This document shows positions 53,049 through 64,000 of a stretch of DNA of 64,000 bases, in pieces. The notes beneath the pieces are model-generated. The model was given only the letters and a program-made list of their open reading frames with translations. It was not told the origin of the DNA and did not search any database. How positions within the stretch are numbered: position 1 is the stretch's first letter; every line of letters starts with the position of its first letter. A program made the translations under genes and the position numbers. Source of the DNA: Amoebophrya sp. A120 (Eukaryota > Protista > Dinoflagellata); NCBI GenBank assembly GCA_905178155.1, contig CAJINV010000020.1, positions 620,001 to 684,000 of the forward strand, in the 5' to 3' direction.

Positions 53049-54455
53049 GCCTTTTCAATAGAACAGACAGTGATACGGTACCGGGAAGGGGGAACGAAAC
53101 GAAAGAAAACGGGTGGAATTAGAAAAAAAGTACTTTGCACTAGAACAAAAAACAGAGAAAAGTACTATCTATCGCTAATAGACGCATGTAAGACCACGAC
53201 CCCTTGGTCTGGCCGCAGACTGGGGGCTGTCGTATAGAAATTGTTGAAGCTACTAACCCTTGACTGCTCTTCTGTTTACGGCTGTGGGATCTATTTCCCT
53301 AAACTTTTTCTTCTCAATATAGCAAATCATTGATTATGATTTTTGAAATAAAATCGTCGCAGTATTCAGACACTTCAATACAGTTTTAGTTTTTTAGAAA
53401 GTACGTAAAGCTAAAGTTTAGACAAGTGCAAGAACTCCGTAGTAAAACGGAGACGGACACTATGTTGTTGCTCTTTTTTTACATTATCACAAAAGTCCTC
53501 ATCTTTTTCGTAGTTACTACAGCCTATTTGAAAATAAATTAATTGTAGCCCGGCGCTACCTTATCCTTGTTACGCAAGCTGTTTTTTGAGTGGTTGCAAC
53601 TGCAACGTGGTGCAAAGCTTGAGGTGAAAATAAAGCTTCTTCTTCGTGCCATGAGATGCTATCATGATCCACAAAAATCTTGTTTGTCGCGCAGGTCTTC
53701 CTCTGTCTTTGAGATTTGAAAGTATAATTTCATCAGGAACCAGTTTGATATAGTCGTTTTCGTAGTGATGGGTGAAAATCAAAATAGTAGTCAGTAATCT
53801 TGTCGGACGATCCACCTTTCCGCTTAGCGGAAAAATGAGTCTGTACTCAACAAATGAATATGGAAAAATGTAATGCAGTGTAATGTTCTATGCAGAATTT
53901 CTTGAATTTTTATGTGAGTAAGAAAAGATTATCAATTCGCAATCGCGTGGAGCTGCAGGGAAATTCAAAATATGAAACCACGAGGCCAAGATACAGCACA
54001 AAAAAAGATACAACTTGGGATTGCATCACTCGCTAGGTCCTTCTTTCCAACCACGCATGACGATCCTAAGTAAATCGCCGAAAAAAGTAGACCATCGGGA
54101 CTACACGACTGCTGCACCTAGGGGAGGTTGTGTTCTTTTTCGTTTTTCTGTTGCTTCTCTATCAATGTGTCGTGGGCCTGTGTCAGCAAGTGTAGTAACT
54201 CTACTTTTCTTGCTATGTATTCAGTTTCAGAATTTTGAGAGGCGAGCGTGCAATAGACTTATTTCTCCTGAGGGATGTTGCCTGGCGCAGGCTACTAACT
54301 CCTATTCCAGCTCTTCACAAATTATTATCTAAGAAAGTCAAAGAGCATTCTCATTCGCATTCCTACAAATTCCGGCGACGGAGTGCCTCTGCACTTACCT
54401 CCACAAGGAACAAATTCAAATTGCGTATTAGGGTAAAGCACTCCTGATTAAGATT

Positions 54456-57400
54456 ATGTGCTGCCTCCCTTGCTGCGGTCCGTTGGGGGCTGCTCCGCCG
54501 AAACTGCGGTGTTTAGCCTACCTCTTCGTCGTTGCCGCGGTGCTGCTGGATTTCATTCTGCAGTTTCCGGTGACCTACAAGAATTTTGCGTACTTTCACC
54601 ACAACGTGGTCCACGACAATGTGGACACACTGTACCGGAAGCCGAATGTTGTACAAACCGCAGGTGAAGATGGCACAGGAGCTTCATCAGCCTCGTCCCA
54701 GCAGACCTTTTGGTCCAGCATGAAAAAGTTCTTTACTGACAAGGCCAACCTGGTTTCCGAAAAGCTGAAATACCTGACCGGCAACCGGGTTTCGCTGTTA
54801 AAGGCGAAGAAAAACGATAGCGCGAAGATCACGGTGCTGATCAATCAGTTCCAGCGGCCCTCCTGCTTGCGGAAGCAGTTGCGGGTGCTGCGTCGGTGCT
54901 CGATCGTGCACTCGATCTACGTAAACTGGTTCGATTTGAAGAACCCTGTTCCGTCCAGCGTGCAGGACTTCATCAGAGGCAGTGAGGACAGCGACGAATT
55001 TACCAGTTCATCTGGAGGTACCTCCGGAACAACTTCGACAAAAGGCGAGGGTGAGTTTGTCGAGGAGCTGGAAACCGAGCCGGAATACCGCATCTTTCCG
55101 CCAAGCCGACTCTTATCCGAGGAGGAGCAGAATAATAGCAAGATCGACAGGAGGATGAACTACTACGAAGAACAAGATGGGACCACGGCAGCTGATATGG
55201 CCGACAAAGAAGTAAAGGCAAAAACCCCTAAAGTAGTAGTAGAAGATTTCTATGCGGAGAAGCGGATGACCAGCTCCAGCCGGGCGAAAAAAAACAAAAA
55301 GCGAGGCCAGAAAGCCGCTTCTTCGGACATCAACCAAAAAAAAAATCCTGAGAAAGGAGCATCAAAGAAGGCCCCGTACCGATTGACAGAGAAGTTTCGA
55401 CCGCATCTGTTTCCTACAGACGCGGTTTTTGTCACCGATGTCGACATGTTTTACTCCTGCCACGCACTTCAGTTTGCCTACAACGTCTGGTCGCAGTACA
55501 ATGAAAACGAAGTGGAAGATATAGGAAACGTCCGCGCGGCACGAACAAGGATGCTAGAAGCGGCGGCACCTAGCACAGCTGCCACGGCGAGTCCGCCAAC
55601 AGCAGCGCCAACTGGTGTACCGCCTCCAGCAGCAGCCTCTGTAGCTGCAGCTCCATCCGAAATAAAACCCGTCGCTGCGGCGCCAGTGCCCGACGTTGCA
55701 AAGGCGATCGCTGCGCAGACTGCGGCGGTAAATGCAGTCGCGCAGGCAACGAAGGCGGTCGTAAAACAGAATTTGGACGCTCTTGCAGCGGCGAAGAACA
55801 CAGCTAATATGGACCAGGTGAAAATCCAGGCGGTGCATCGGGATCCGCACCCCACGATCTCGCAGTTCGTCAAAGCGGTGGGGTTTCATCCAAGGTACTT
55901 GTCCCGCATATGCATTGCAAAAGTATCGTACTAGTGCGAGTAGCATGACAAATAACAAATATAATGGCAATGCAGTTTGTACCGCTGTTACTGTCATGCA
56001 TGACAGCAATGAGTACGAGTTTACGATGCTTTTGCATTCGATGCCGCACCGCTAGTTACGATTGGTCGCTGAGTTACCGACACTCCCAGAAGTTCCTGCA
56101 CAATACCATTTTTGTCACCAAAGGGGCGCTGATTCACAAAGATTTGTTTTCCGATTTTTTCAAGCCAGAATACGAGAGTTTGAGGCAGCTCGTGGACCGG
56201 GAATTCGCGGGGGCAGATTTGCTGATGAGCTACGTGCTGGCGATGGAGTATTTTTTGTTTTTGAAGCGTCTTTTTCAAGAAGTGCACTTAGATGAAAAAC
56301 GCTAAAATCCGCCCTGCACCACTGCAACCTGGAACAAAATACAATCACAACTACTTCAGATACGGCCCCCACGCCTTCCGTGCGCTCTGTCCGAAAGAGA
56401 ACTACCACCTCGCCACCGCGGAGTCCTGTTCCGCCAATCGGCGGCCGAGCAACGTGTTCGCGCCGGTGCCGACGGGTGTTGAGGATACGATCGATTACGC
56501 GTACGACGCAGAAGCGGACATGCTGCTGGAGTACAATTCCGTCGGGCTGCGGAAGGCGAAACTGTCGTGGCGGCTCGCGTTCGAAAAAAGGCGGATGATC
56601 AAGCGGATCTTTGGAACGCAAAAACGAAACTATCTGAACAAGAACGTCAGGCAGCTGGAAGTCGGTGCTCCTAACGCCGAGATTATTGGGGCGTTGCATT
56701 CATCTCCGCCAAGTTCTTTCAAAGCTGAAGCCGGAAGGTCGACGGCTGCAAGTAGAAGTAGTCCCGAGGGACGAGAAATAAAAAAGGAGAATACAAGAGG
56801 CAGAGTGGCGGAACTACTAGGATTACACGACTTTTCTGTTCAAAAAGAACTACCTCAAGCGTCGAAAATAAAGGCACAAAGCACCACTACACCAGATGAA
56901 ACACAAGAAAGCCGAGAAGATGAAAACTATCCTCGTTCCCTTTCCCCGGCGGGTTTTGCGTCGACTGCCGGGTCGGCAGTGGCGCACGCCGCAAGCCGCG
57001 TCCCGTCGCACGACTCGGTGGACAGTGTGCTGGCGCGTGCGTTTCAGGGGCCCCCGGGGGCCTATACCCGCAGTAAGGACGAGGAGGGATTTGTATTACA
57101 ATGAAAAATGCCCCCAACCCAGAATTTGCAAAAGTTTCTCATGCAAAGTTCCCAAATAAAAGCTTTTTGTCTTGCATGAAAGGACTACGAGCCTTTCTGA
57201 TGCAGAATGTAGTTGCGCAAGGTAACTTTTGCGCACGACAGATCAGGCTGCTGTTGGGCCGCTTTGCAACACAAATTTGAGCTATTCAGCATGGAAAATT
57301 TGTGTATGGATATGCAAAACGGGGAGTGTTATTCCATTGGAAAGGTTTGCAATACAAATGCTGCGAAGTTTATCTGGGGTGGGGGCATTTTTCACTTTCG

Positions 57401-57770
57401 TAATTTGCGCTCAAGTCGAAGGTCTCCGAGTTCCAGACGTACTACGCAAACAGCGTCATTTGGGAAAGGCAAACCAGGTATCGATGAATGTTGTTGAAGA
57501 GTGTTTGTGTTGTAATGATTCTACTGATGTTGGACGATAATCTTCATCCCTCCCGACATCCTCCCCTTCAGTACTTTGCTTGTGCTTTAAGTGGAAAAAA
57601 ACGAACAAAGTATCATGGCAAGGAAATAACTTCACACCAGGTTCTACATGGACTTTTGGCGGTGGATTGACCGACAACTATTCGGAATGTGGAACCAACT
57701 AGACTGTCCGTCGGCACCCTGGCGGTCAATATCCGCCGAACAATTCTGGTTTATGCAGAAGGTTCACTAG
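54456..57770 (+). CDS. Glycosyltransferase family 64 (EXTL2/exostosin C-terminal-like), type II membrane protein
   Basis: N-terminal TM; ITVLINQFQR, EKFRP..TDAVFVTDVD..FAYNVW, VGFHPR, TKGALIHK, DLLMSY; junction near 56249-56341 unresolved; last exon inferred. Confidence 0.85.
55909..56043. mobile_element. Introner family C-like (ends ATG)
   Basis: DR CCGCA/CCGCA. Confidence 0.9.
57094..57402. mobile_element. Introner family J (reverse of 34488; ends GTA)
   Basis: DR ATTTG/ATTTG. Confidence 0.92.
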
Positions 57771-58953
57771 TAATGCTCATGGAGACGCACACGCGGATGT
57801 TGCGCTTGCGCGTCACACACTGCACTGTGCTGGATACTGCTTTGAAGTTGTGCCTTAGATGATCAAGACGTGAAACAAACTACACCATATTGCGCATTAC
57901 ATACAACCATACGTCATCATCAATCATATTGCGCTATGAGAACAAGAACTACAGGGTAGCTACGCGATTAAAGTCCTGTCAAAGTCAATCTTGCACACTG
58001 TATGAAGTGGCACTACGTGTTTCGCAAACGGCACTACGTGGTTCACAGCTCCCTGCATTTTTGTTTTCGAACTGCTATTCGTATTCGCTTCGCTTCGGCT
58101 TCAATCAGGAATGGTATCGGTTTCGCTTTTGCCTTCGGACAAAAAACTAAAATTCGGTTTTGCGTACTAGCGAGAAGTGCTTGCCCTCAGTTACCAGATT
58201 TCCTTCTTCGGTTTTTAGTGGCCCCTGCCCTACGTGCTGCGTTGTGTAGTATTCATTCTTGAAGATACAACTTCTTGCTTGACTTCCGTAGTTTCATCGG
58301 TGCATTTCGTTTTTGGTATTGTCGTTATAGCGCAAGAAAAACAGAAACAAAATCGGCGACCGGAGCGCTTCTTTTTTTTCGTGATCGCACCGAACGATAT
58401 ACGTTCGTGGTCTTTTTTGGATTTCCATTTTAATCGCTATTGCTATTGTCCAATAACACACCAGTGTCAGTTTCCCTCACCCTGCGCTTTTTTTTTTTGG
58501 GTCCAGCTACACTCGTAGCTGTATCGATCAAGTGTAGTGAGGGGCTTGCTTGAGCTCAAAGTGGCTTTGAAAGAAATTTTTGTACACAACTCGAAGTGCG
58601 AACTTTTTTTTGAAATTTTTAGAGTAGACGTTTGTTTGCAGTAACACACACTGTAAATTAAAATCAGTTGAAGTTTTCAATTTTTGCAAGAATTCGTTTT
58701 GCTGCCTGTGGCCGCAGAAGGCTCCAGTAAAGAGTCCGCTAAGTAGTGCAGCAAGTTCGTAACAAGTTGTAGCTGAATTCATCTGAATTCAGTGTAGTTA
58801 CACTCATAATTAGCATATTGTATACTAGTTTTTTGCCGAGTAGCCCTCGTCCAACAAAACCAGAAGGAGCTGTAACATAACCTTAAATGTAGTACACAGG
58901 AAGCCAAGAGGGCGCTTCCGTCGGCGGCGTCAGCAGTTACAACCGGGAAGAAG

Positions 58954-61900
58954 ATGTTTTTCGACCAACTACCGCCAGCGAAGAGACGTCGCAAGGGCAG
59001 CTTTGCCAATGTGCCGGCCTCGACGCCGAAGCGATTTTTTTTCGCCTTGATGCCCTCACGGTGGTCCAACATTATACAACCATCGCGGCTAGTACAACGA
59101 GTTCTAGTACAACTTCTGCCGCTCGTCCCCTTACTTCTTCTGCAGAACATTCATGTCGCTGCCTACACAACGAAGGAACATCGTTCTTGGGACTACACGA
59201 ACTGGACCATTAGCGACCGCGTCGAGGTCTTTTCGACGGACCAGTTTCCGCAGTACAGCTGCTACAAAATCCCCTACCTCTTCCAAACGCTGAACGGGAC
59301 CATACTGGCCTTCGCGGAGGCCCGCGGGCTATGGATTGCAAAAATGTCTGGGTCTGGAAGATTTCTAGATTTGTCATGCATATTTTCCATGACCAGCGTA
59401 ACGATACGATGTCTGTGATGCATGCTGTAGCATCACAGAGTTTTAGAGCGCTCTGTGATACCTCTACCGCATGAGAAACGAGCCCTCCGCGTAGCACAAA
59501 CTGGAGTCCTCTTGCTGGTCATGCAATACAAATTTTTTCAGAATCCAGAGACAGCATTACAAGTTTAGAATGTTCCAGACTCGGACACTTTTGCATTTGA
59601 TACGGGCCGACGGACGACAAATCTTCGATCGGAAACTGCATGGACTGGGACATCACGGACGTGGTCCTGCGCAAGTCGTACGACGGGGGCCATACCTGGT
59701 CCCCAATGACCACGCTGCTGCTATCACGAGAAAAAAGTGTTACAGTTACACATTTGTTGGAGTTTCTGCATCACAAATTTTCTTCGTACGGCAGAGAAAA
59801 CTTGTAATGTGAAGATCATAAGGGAAAACAGGAAGGAAACGAGGCTCCCAAGCATTTCCTGCGCAAGAAAGGTCGTCTGTGTTGCCGGTCTTGCAGCGCA
59901 ATGTGTCATTGTAACACTTTTTTCTTGCGATAGCTCCGCGGCCGGTACGACTGGCACTTCGTGGTCGGGAACCTCGTATCAAATGCAAATATGTCTGGGT
60001 CTGGAAGATGATTGCCAGGTTTGTCATGCATATTTTGCATGACCACCCATGATCATGATGCCTGTAATGCATAGTCTAGCATTACAGATTTTTAGAGGTT
60101 CCTGATGCGTATCCCGCATGAGAAATGCCCTCTCCGCGTAACACAAACTGGACTTCTCTTCCTGGTCATGCAATACAGATTTATTGTAGAATCCAGATCC
60201 AGCATCACAAGTTGCATTCATTCTTCCAGACCCAGACATATTTGCAATGCATACGTCGCTCCGGTGCAGGACGAGTTCTCGGGCCGGATCCTCCTCCCCT
60301 TCACCCGGGGCAACTCCCGCATATGAAAGCCTCAGAATGGAAATCCTCAAAGTGGAACTAATTTGTGATGCATGAAATGCAAGGCAAAAAAGACTGTATT
60401 GCAAAGGACACAAGGGGGACCGACTATTGTCCTGCTAGGGGTGAAGAATTGGAGTGCTGCTTAGCACGAGAGAAGGGCACCCCTTTGTCTTAACCTGCAT
60501 GACAGACATGCTTTAAGGGCCCGGGAAATTTGTCATGCGCCGACTACAAATGGCGTCTGAACTGGAATCGTTTTTTTGCACGACATATTATTTCCATTTT
60601 GAGGATTTCCAACCTGAGGCTTTCATACCGCATGTGGCTCACCTTCAGCGACAGCCAAGGCGAGAGCTGGGCGGACCCGTATAGGTTGAATTACGAGGGG
60701 TTTTGGTGGACCTGGGTGGGGTTCGGGCCCCCCGCGGGGCTGCAGATGAGCTACAGCAAGCTGTACCGGGGCCGGCTGATCATTCCGGGCTACTTTTCCG
60801 ACTCGCCTGTGTTTGACCTCACCGCCATTTTTGCCAGCTCGGCGTTTTTGTTGATTTCCGACGACGGCGGGGCGAACTGGGAGCGGGTAATTGTTTCAAA
60901 CGGCAACCAGGTATAAAAGTGCACAACTCCCCCTCCCCCTCATTTGTCATGCAAAATCCACAATCCACGCCTTACCTCTTCTTGGCACTGTTTGCATGAC
61001 AAATTCATCTGGCGGCCCAAATAGCACTTCAATCCTGTGCAAATTTGTCATGCAAAACCTGCAGTCTAGCTGACGCTTGTATTGCTGTTCATGCCCAACG
61101 AATGAGGGGGAGGGGGAGTTGTGCACTCTCATACCAGGAGCTGATCCCCGGTATCGCGGGCAACGAGGACCAGGTCACCGAGATGTGTATCAAATGCAAA
61201 AATGTCTGGGTCTGGAAGAATGCAACTTGTGATGCTGCATTTGGATGTCTAAAAAATTTGTGTTGCATGAGCAGCAAAAGGAGGCTAATTTCTGCTACGC
61301 GGAGAGGGCATTTGTCATGCGGAATAGGCATCAAGAATCCCTCAAAAAACCTGTGATGCTAGTGCATGCATCACAGACATCATGGCTCATGCAAACCGTG
61401 CATGACAGGTCTCAAAATCTTCCAGACCCAGACCTTTTTGCATTTGATAATGTGCGACGGATCCTTACTGCTGAACATGCGGACCTGGATCGGTGACCGC
61501 GTGCAGTCCTGGAGCTACGACGGGGGAAAAAGCTGGAGCGTCGTCGAGCGCACGGCGCTGCCGAACCCGTTTCAGGGGTGCCAGGGGTCGGTGGTGAGTT
61601 TAAATAAACACGTCCAGCTGTATTCGGGCTTGGGGCTATGCATTGCAAATAAAAATGTATCGTACTAGCGTACTAATTGCAGACATGCATGTTGACAAAT
61701 CGCCTTCCTTAGCTAAAACAGCATACAGATTTTATTTATCATGCTAGTGAATGCAATTTACACTAGTGCGATGTAGTGGCTTTTGCCTTTCATAGTTGCC
61801 GCCGGAAAGCGACTGGGACGCCGTTCGGAAGGATCTGAAGCTGTGGACCAGTGAAGACGGCGGGAGAAATTGGGTGGAGAGAATGGTATAGATACTTAAA

Positions 61901-64000
61901 GTACGCTTGATGAATGTTATTGCACGCTTCTTGATAACGGTTCGATATCGATACTAGATGTGGATGATAAAGTGTTCGAAGATGATGATCCTACAAGAGA
62001 TGAAATAAATTCGAAAACTACAAACTCCTACCACAGATCATCCACGAGGGCGGTGCATCGTATTCCGCTCTCTGGCGTCTGCTGGACGGGCGGATTGCGG
62101 TGATCTATGAGATTGGGAACCTGTCGCCAATTTTCATCCCTTTGAACATCTACGTGAAGATCCTGCCCCCGTTGGATGAATTTCTCTTCCCCGCCGGAGG
62201 TGCAACTGTCCTTCCCGACTACTCATATGCATTGCAAATATGTCTGGGTCTGGAAACTTGTGATGCCAAGTGGTGACGACTGAGCACACTCCTGAGTGCA
62301 GTCAAGCATGACACATTTTCAGGACGCCTTCTCATGTGTAATGCGCATGAGAAACTGCGCTTTTGCATGACAAAGAATTCGCGCTTTTGTGGGGCCGCAC
62401 GCAATACAGATTTTACAGGAGTGGTAGTGGAAGACACGCATTACAGATTCCAATTTTTCCAGACCCAGACATTTTTGCACTCGATAACCCCCCCGCCGAC
62501 ACAACCTCCTTCGCCTCCATGGGCTGCGCCGCTTCGTTATGAAATGCAAAAGCATCGTACTAGTATAAATTGCATTACAAATTAGCTCAGCACTACAAAT
62601 AAAATTTGTAAATGCTGTTTTACCTTAGGAAAGAGATTTGTCATGCCGAACAGCAATTACTACGAGTACGATACTTTTGCAGAGCATATTCGTCTCCTCG
62701 GACTGCGTACCGCACCGAGCCGCGCAGGTTCTGGCACATCGACGGCACGGACGCGTTTGTCCCGGTGTCCAGCACCGGGGTGCAGTACCAACAGCAGGCT
62801 GTTCTAGTACCTTCCGGAACGGGAACGACTAGTAGTACAAACGCGACGTTGTCTGCAATGATAAACAGTGACTACCCGACCACCTGGCGGCCGTTTCAGG
62901 TGCACAGTATGGATTGGCAGCAGCGACAGAAGTCCCGGTTTGATTCCAGCAGCTTCATGTTTTCCTTCACGTGGTGGGTGGTCATGTTGCTGCTGAGCAT
63001 CACCTTTGTGCTCAGCTTGCCTCTCCTCTTCCTCAGTTCGATGTGCTGCTGCTTGCCGACGTGTCGGCAAAGAAGAAGCAGTGAATTTTTGATCGTAGCC
63101 GGCGGCTGTGAGGGGAACTGTGCGGCGATTGGGGGGAACTTGCGGGAGAAGCTGGCTTCTCTAAAGCGTACTGCGGCCACTGCGAGGGACACAAATTCGA
63201 TGAAACAAGTCGTGGAACAAGAAGATGAACCACTCCAGTGCGCCGAAGATTCATCGACAGCTGCGGGAACCACCAGAGCCAAACCGGAAAGAAATACCGG
63301 AGATACAACTAGCGCCACTGTCAATATGGTTGACCCCCGTCGCGAAGAACAAGTCGAACTGGCGAATCGGAAAATAAATCTTCCGGCGGGAAGATCATGC
63401 TCGTCCTCGTGCACGACGACGACTGATGTCGAAAATATTAAAGGACTACAACAGCAGCTGCAAGATGAACGGAGTTCCTGCAAAAATAAAAGACAAATGA
63501 AAGAACATGAACATGATCGTCAACAACGACAACGTCAACACGATATTATGATGAAGGAGGACGCAAAGTGGTCTACTTCACCTACTACACAGCCGGTGAA
63601 CATGGGTGAGAACCAAAACCATGAAGGTAGTTTCAAAACACTGCTTGAAGTAGAACAAGAAGCATCAAGCTGCTTGAAGACCGAAAATGCCAAAGACTTT
63701 GGCGCCCTCTACCTCGCCGACAAGGAGCTGCAGGCTGGTGAGCAGGAGAAGCAAATGCGGATGCCATGCAAAGAGTCCGATCTCGTCCTCGGCGAATCAG
63801 AATCAGTTTCGATCACCTCGGTGAATTTCACGGACGCCAACAGCACTGCGACGCCAGTTGACCAGGAGACGGATCAGACCTCCAAAACGGATTTGAATAC
63901 AATTTTCGTACCACCCGCTGGCGTGACGAAGGATGTTGACGATGAGAATGGTCTACAGCTTCAGAAGTACTACTCCGCTACTTCAACTTCCCCAGGGGAC
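58954..64000 (+). CDS. Sialidase/neuraminidase (GH33-like, BNR repeats) with C-terminal TM helix; runs off the window
   Basis: YKIP..LAFAEARG; Asp-boxes SYDGGHTW, SDSQGESW, SDDGGANW, SYDGGKSW, SEDGGRNW; NE, NMR, ASYS; 9 introners plus GT-AG intron 61886-62036. Confidence 0.92.
59330..59602. mobile_element. Introner family A2 (reverse)
   Basis: DR CGGGC/CGGGC. Confidence 0.95.
59722..59932. mobile_element. Introner family H
   Basis: tatcacgagaaaaaagtgttaca / tgtaacacttttttcttgcgata; DR GCTGC/GCTCC. Confidence 0.93.
59977..60253. mobile_element. Introner family A2 (reverse)
   Basis: DR CCTCG/CGTCG. Confidence 0.95.
60322..60627. mobile_element. Introner family K
   Basis: TIR tatgaaagcctcag..tggaaatcctcaaa.tggaa.taat; DR CCGCA/CCGCA. 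Confidence 0.95.
60912..61133. mobile_element. Introner family E
   Basis: DR CCAGG/CCAGG. Confidence 0.95.
61188..61449. mobile_element. Introner family A2
   Basis: DR ATGTG/ATGTG. Confidence 0.95.
61637..61794. mobile_element. Decayed family C introner
   Basis: DR GGGGC/GTTGC; in-frame LGPPESDW. Confidence 0.85.
62226..62486. mobile_element. Introner family A1 (reverse)
   Basis: DR ACTCA/ACCCC. Confidence 0.92.
62538..62688. mobile_element. Introner family C
   Basis: DR TTCGT/TTCGT. Confidence 0.95.

Noticed and set aside
11364-62486. Recurring tgtctgggtctggaa as a CRISPR-like repeat
   Set aside because: Dispersed inverted pairs within eukaryotic genes; no regular spacers or cas genes
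11364-62688. Tc1/mariner-type TA target duplication for the elements
   Set aside because: The TA belongs to the TIR; frames are restored only by removing both TAs plus a separate 5-bp repeat
12800-64000. - strand ORFs opposite host genes; spliced-leader, tRNA or rRNA genes
   Set aside because: The ORFs are antisense shadows of + strand exons; no RNA gene or dinoflagellate SL was recognised by eye

Overview
Eukaryotic protist DNA, most consistent with the parasitic dinoflagellate Amoebophrya (inferred from its invasive non-canonical introns). From 11.3 kb to the end there are nine host genes, all on the + strand: adenylyl cyclase (3' part), two low-complexity proteins, an FAD/NAD(P) oxidoreductase, a GST+WHEP protein, a SAM methyltransferase, a CCCH+PAM2 protein, a GT64 glycosyltransferase and a membrane sialidase. 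They are split by 38 MITE-like 'introner' elements of about 12 families (family letters are my own). These begin TAT and end ATA (3 variant ends), have terminal inverted repeats and a 5-bp direct repeat, and removing the element plus one 5-bp copy restores the frame in all 37 complete copies. Nearly all families carry a TTGTNATGC motif about 31-33 or 39-42 bp from the ends. The most notable feature is 1-11317: a - strand ~1264-aa DDE transposase-like gene (hAT-like motifs plus an HMG-box-like segment) and a second unknown gene sit directly inside a lone family-B introner end within the cyclase gene. This is a candidate autonomous 'master' element for the introners, but its other end lies outside the window, so a nested insertion is not excluded. 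All calls are by eye; no searches were run.
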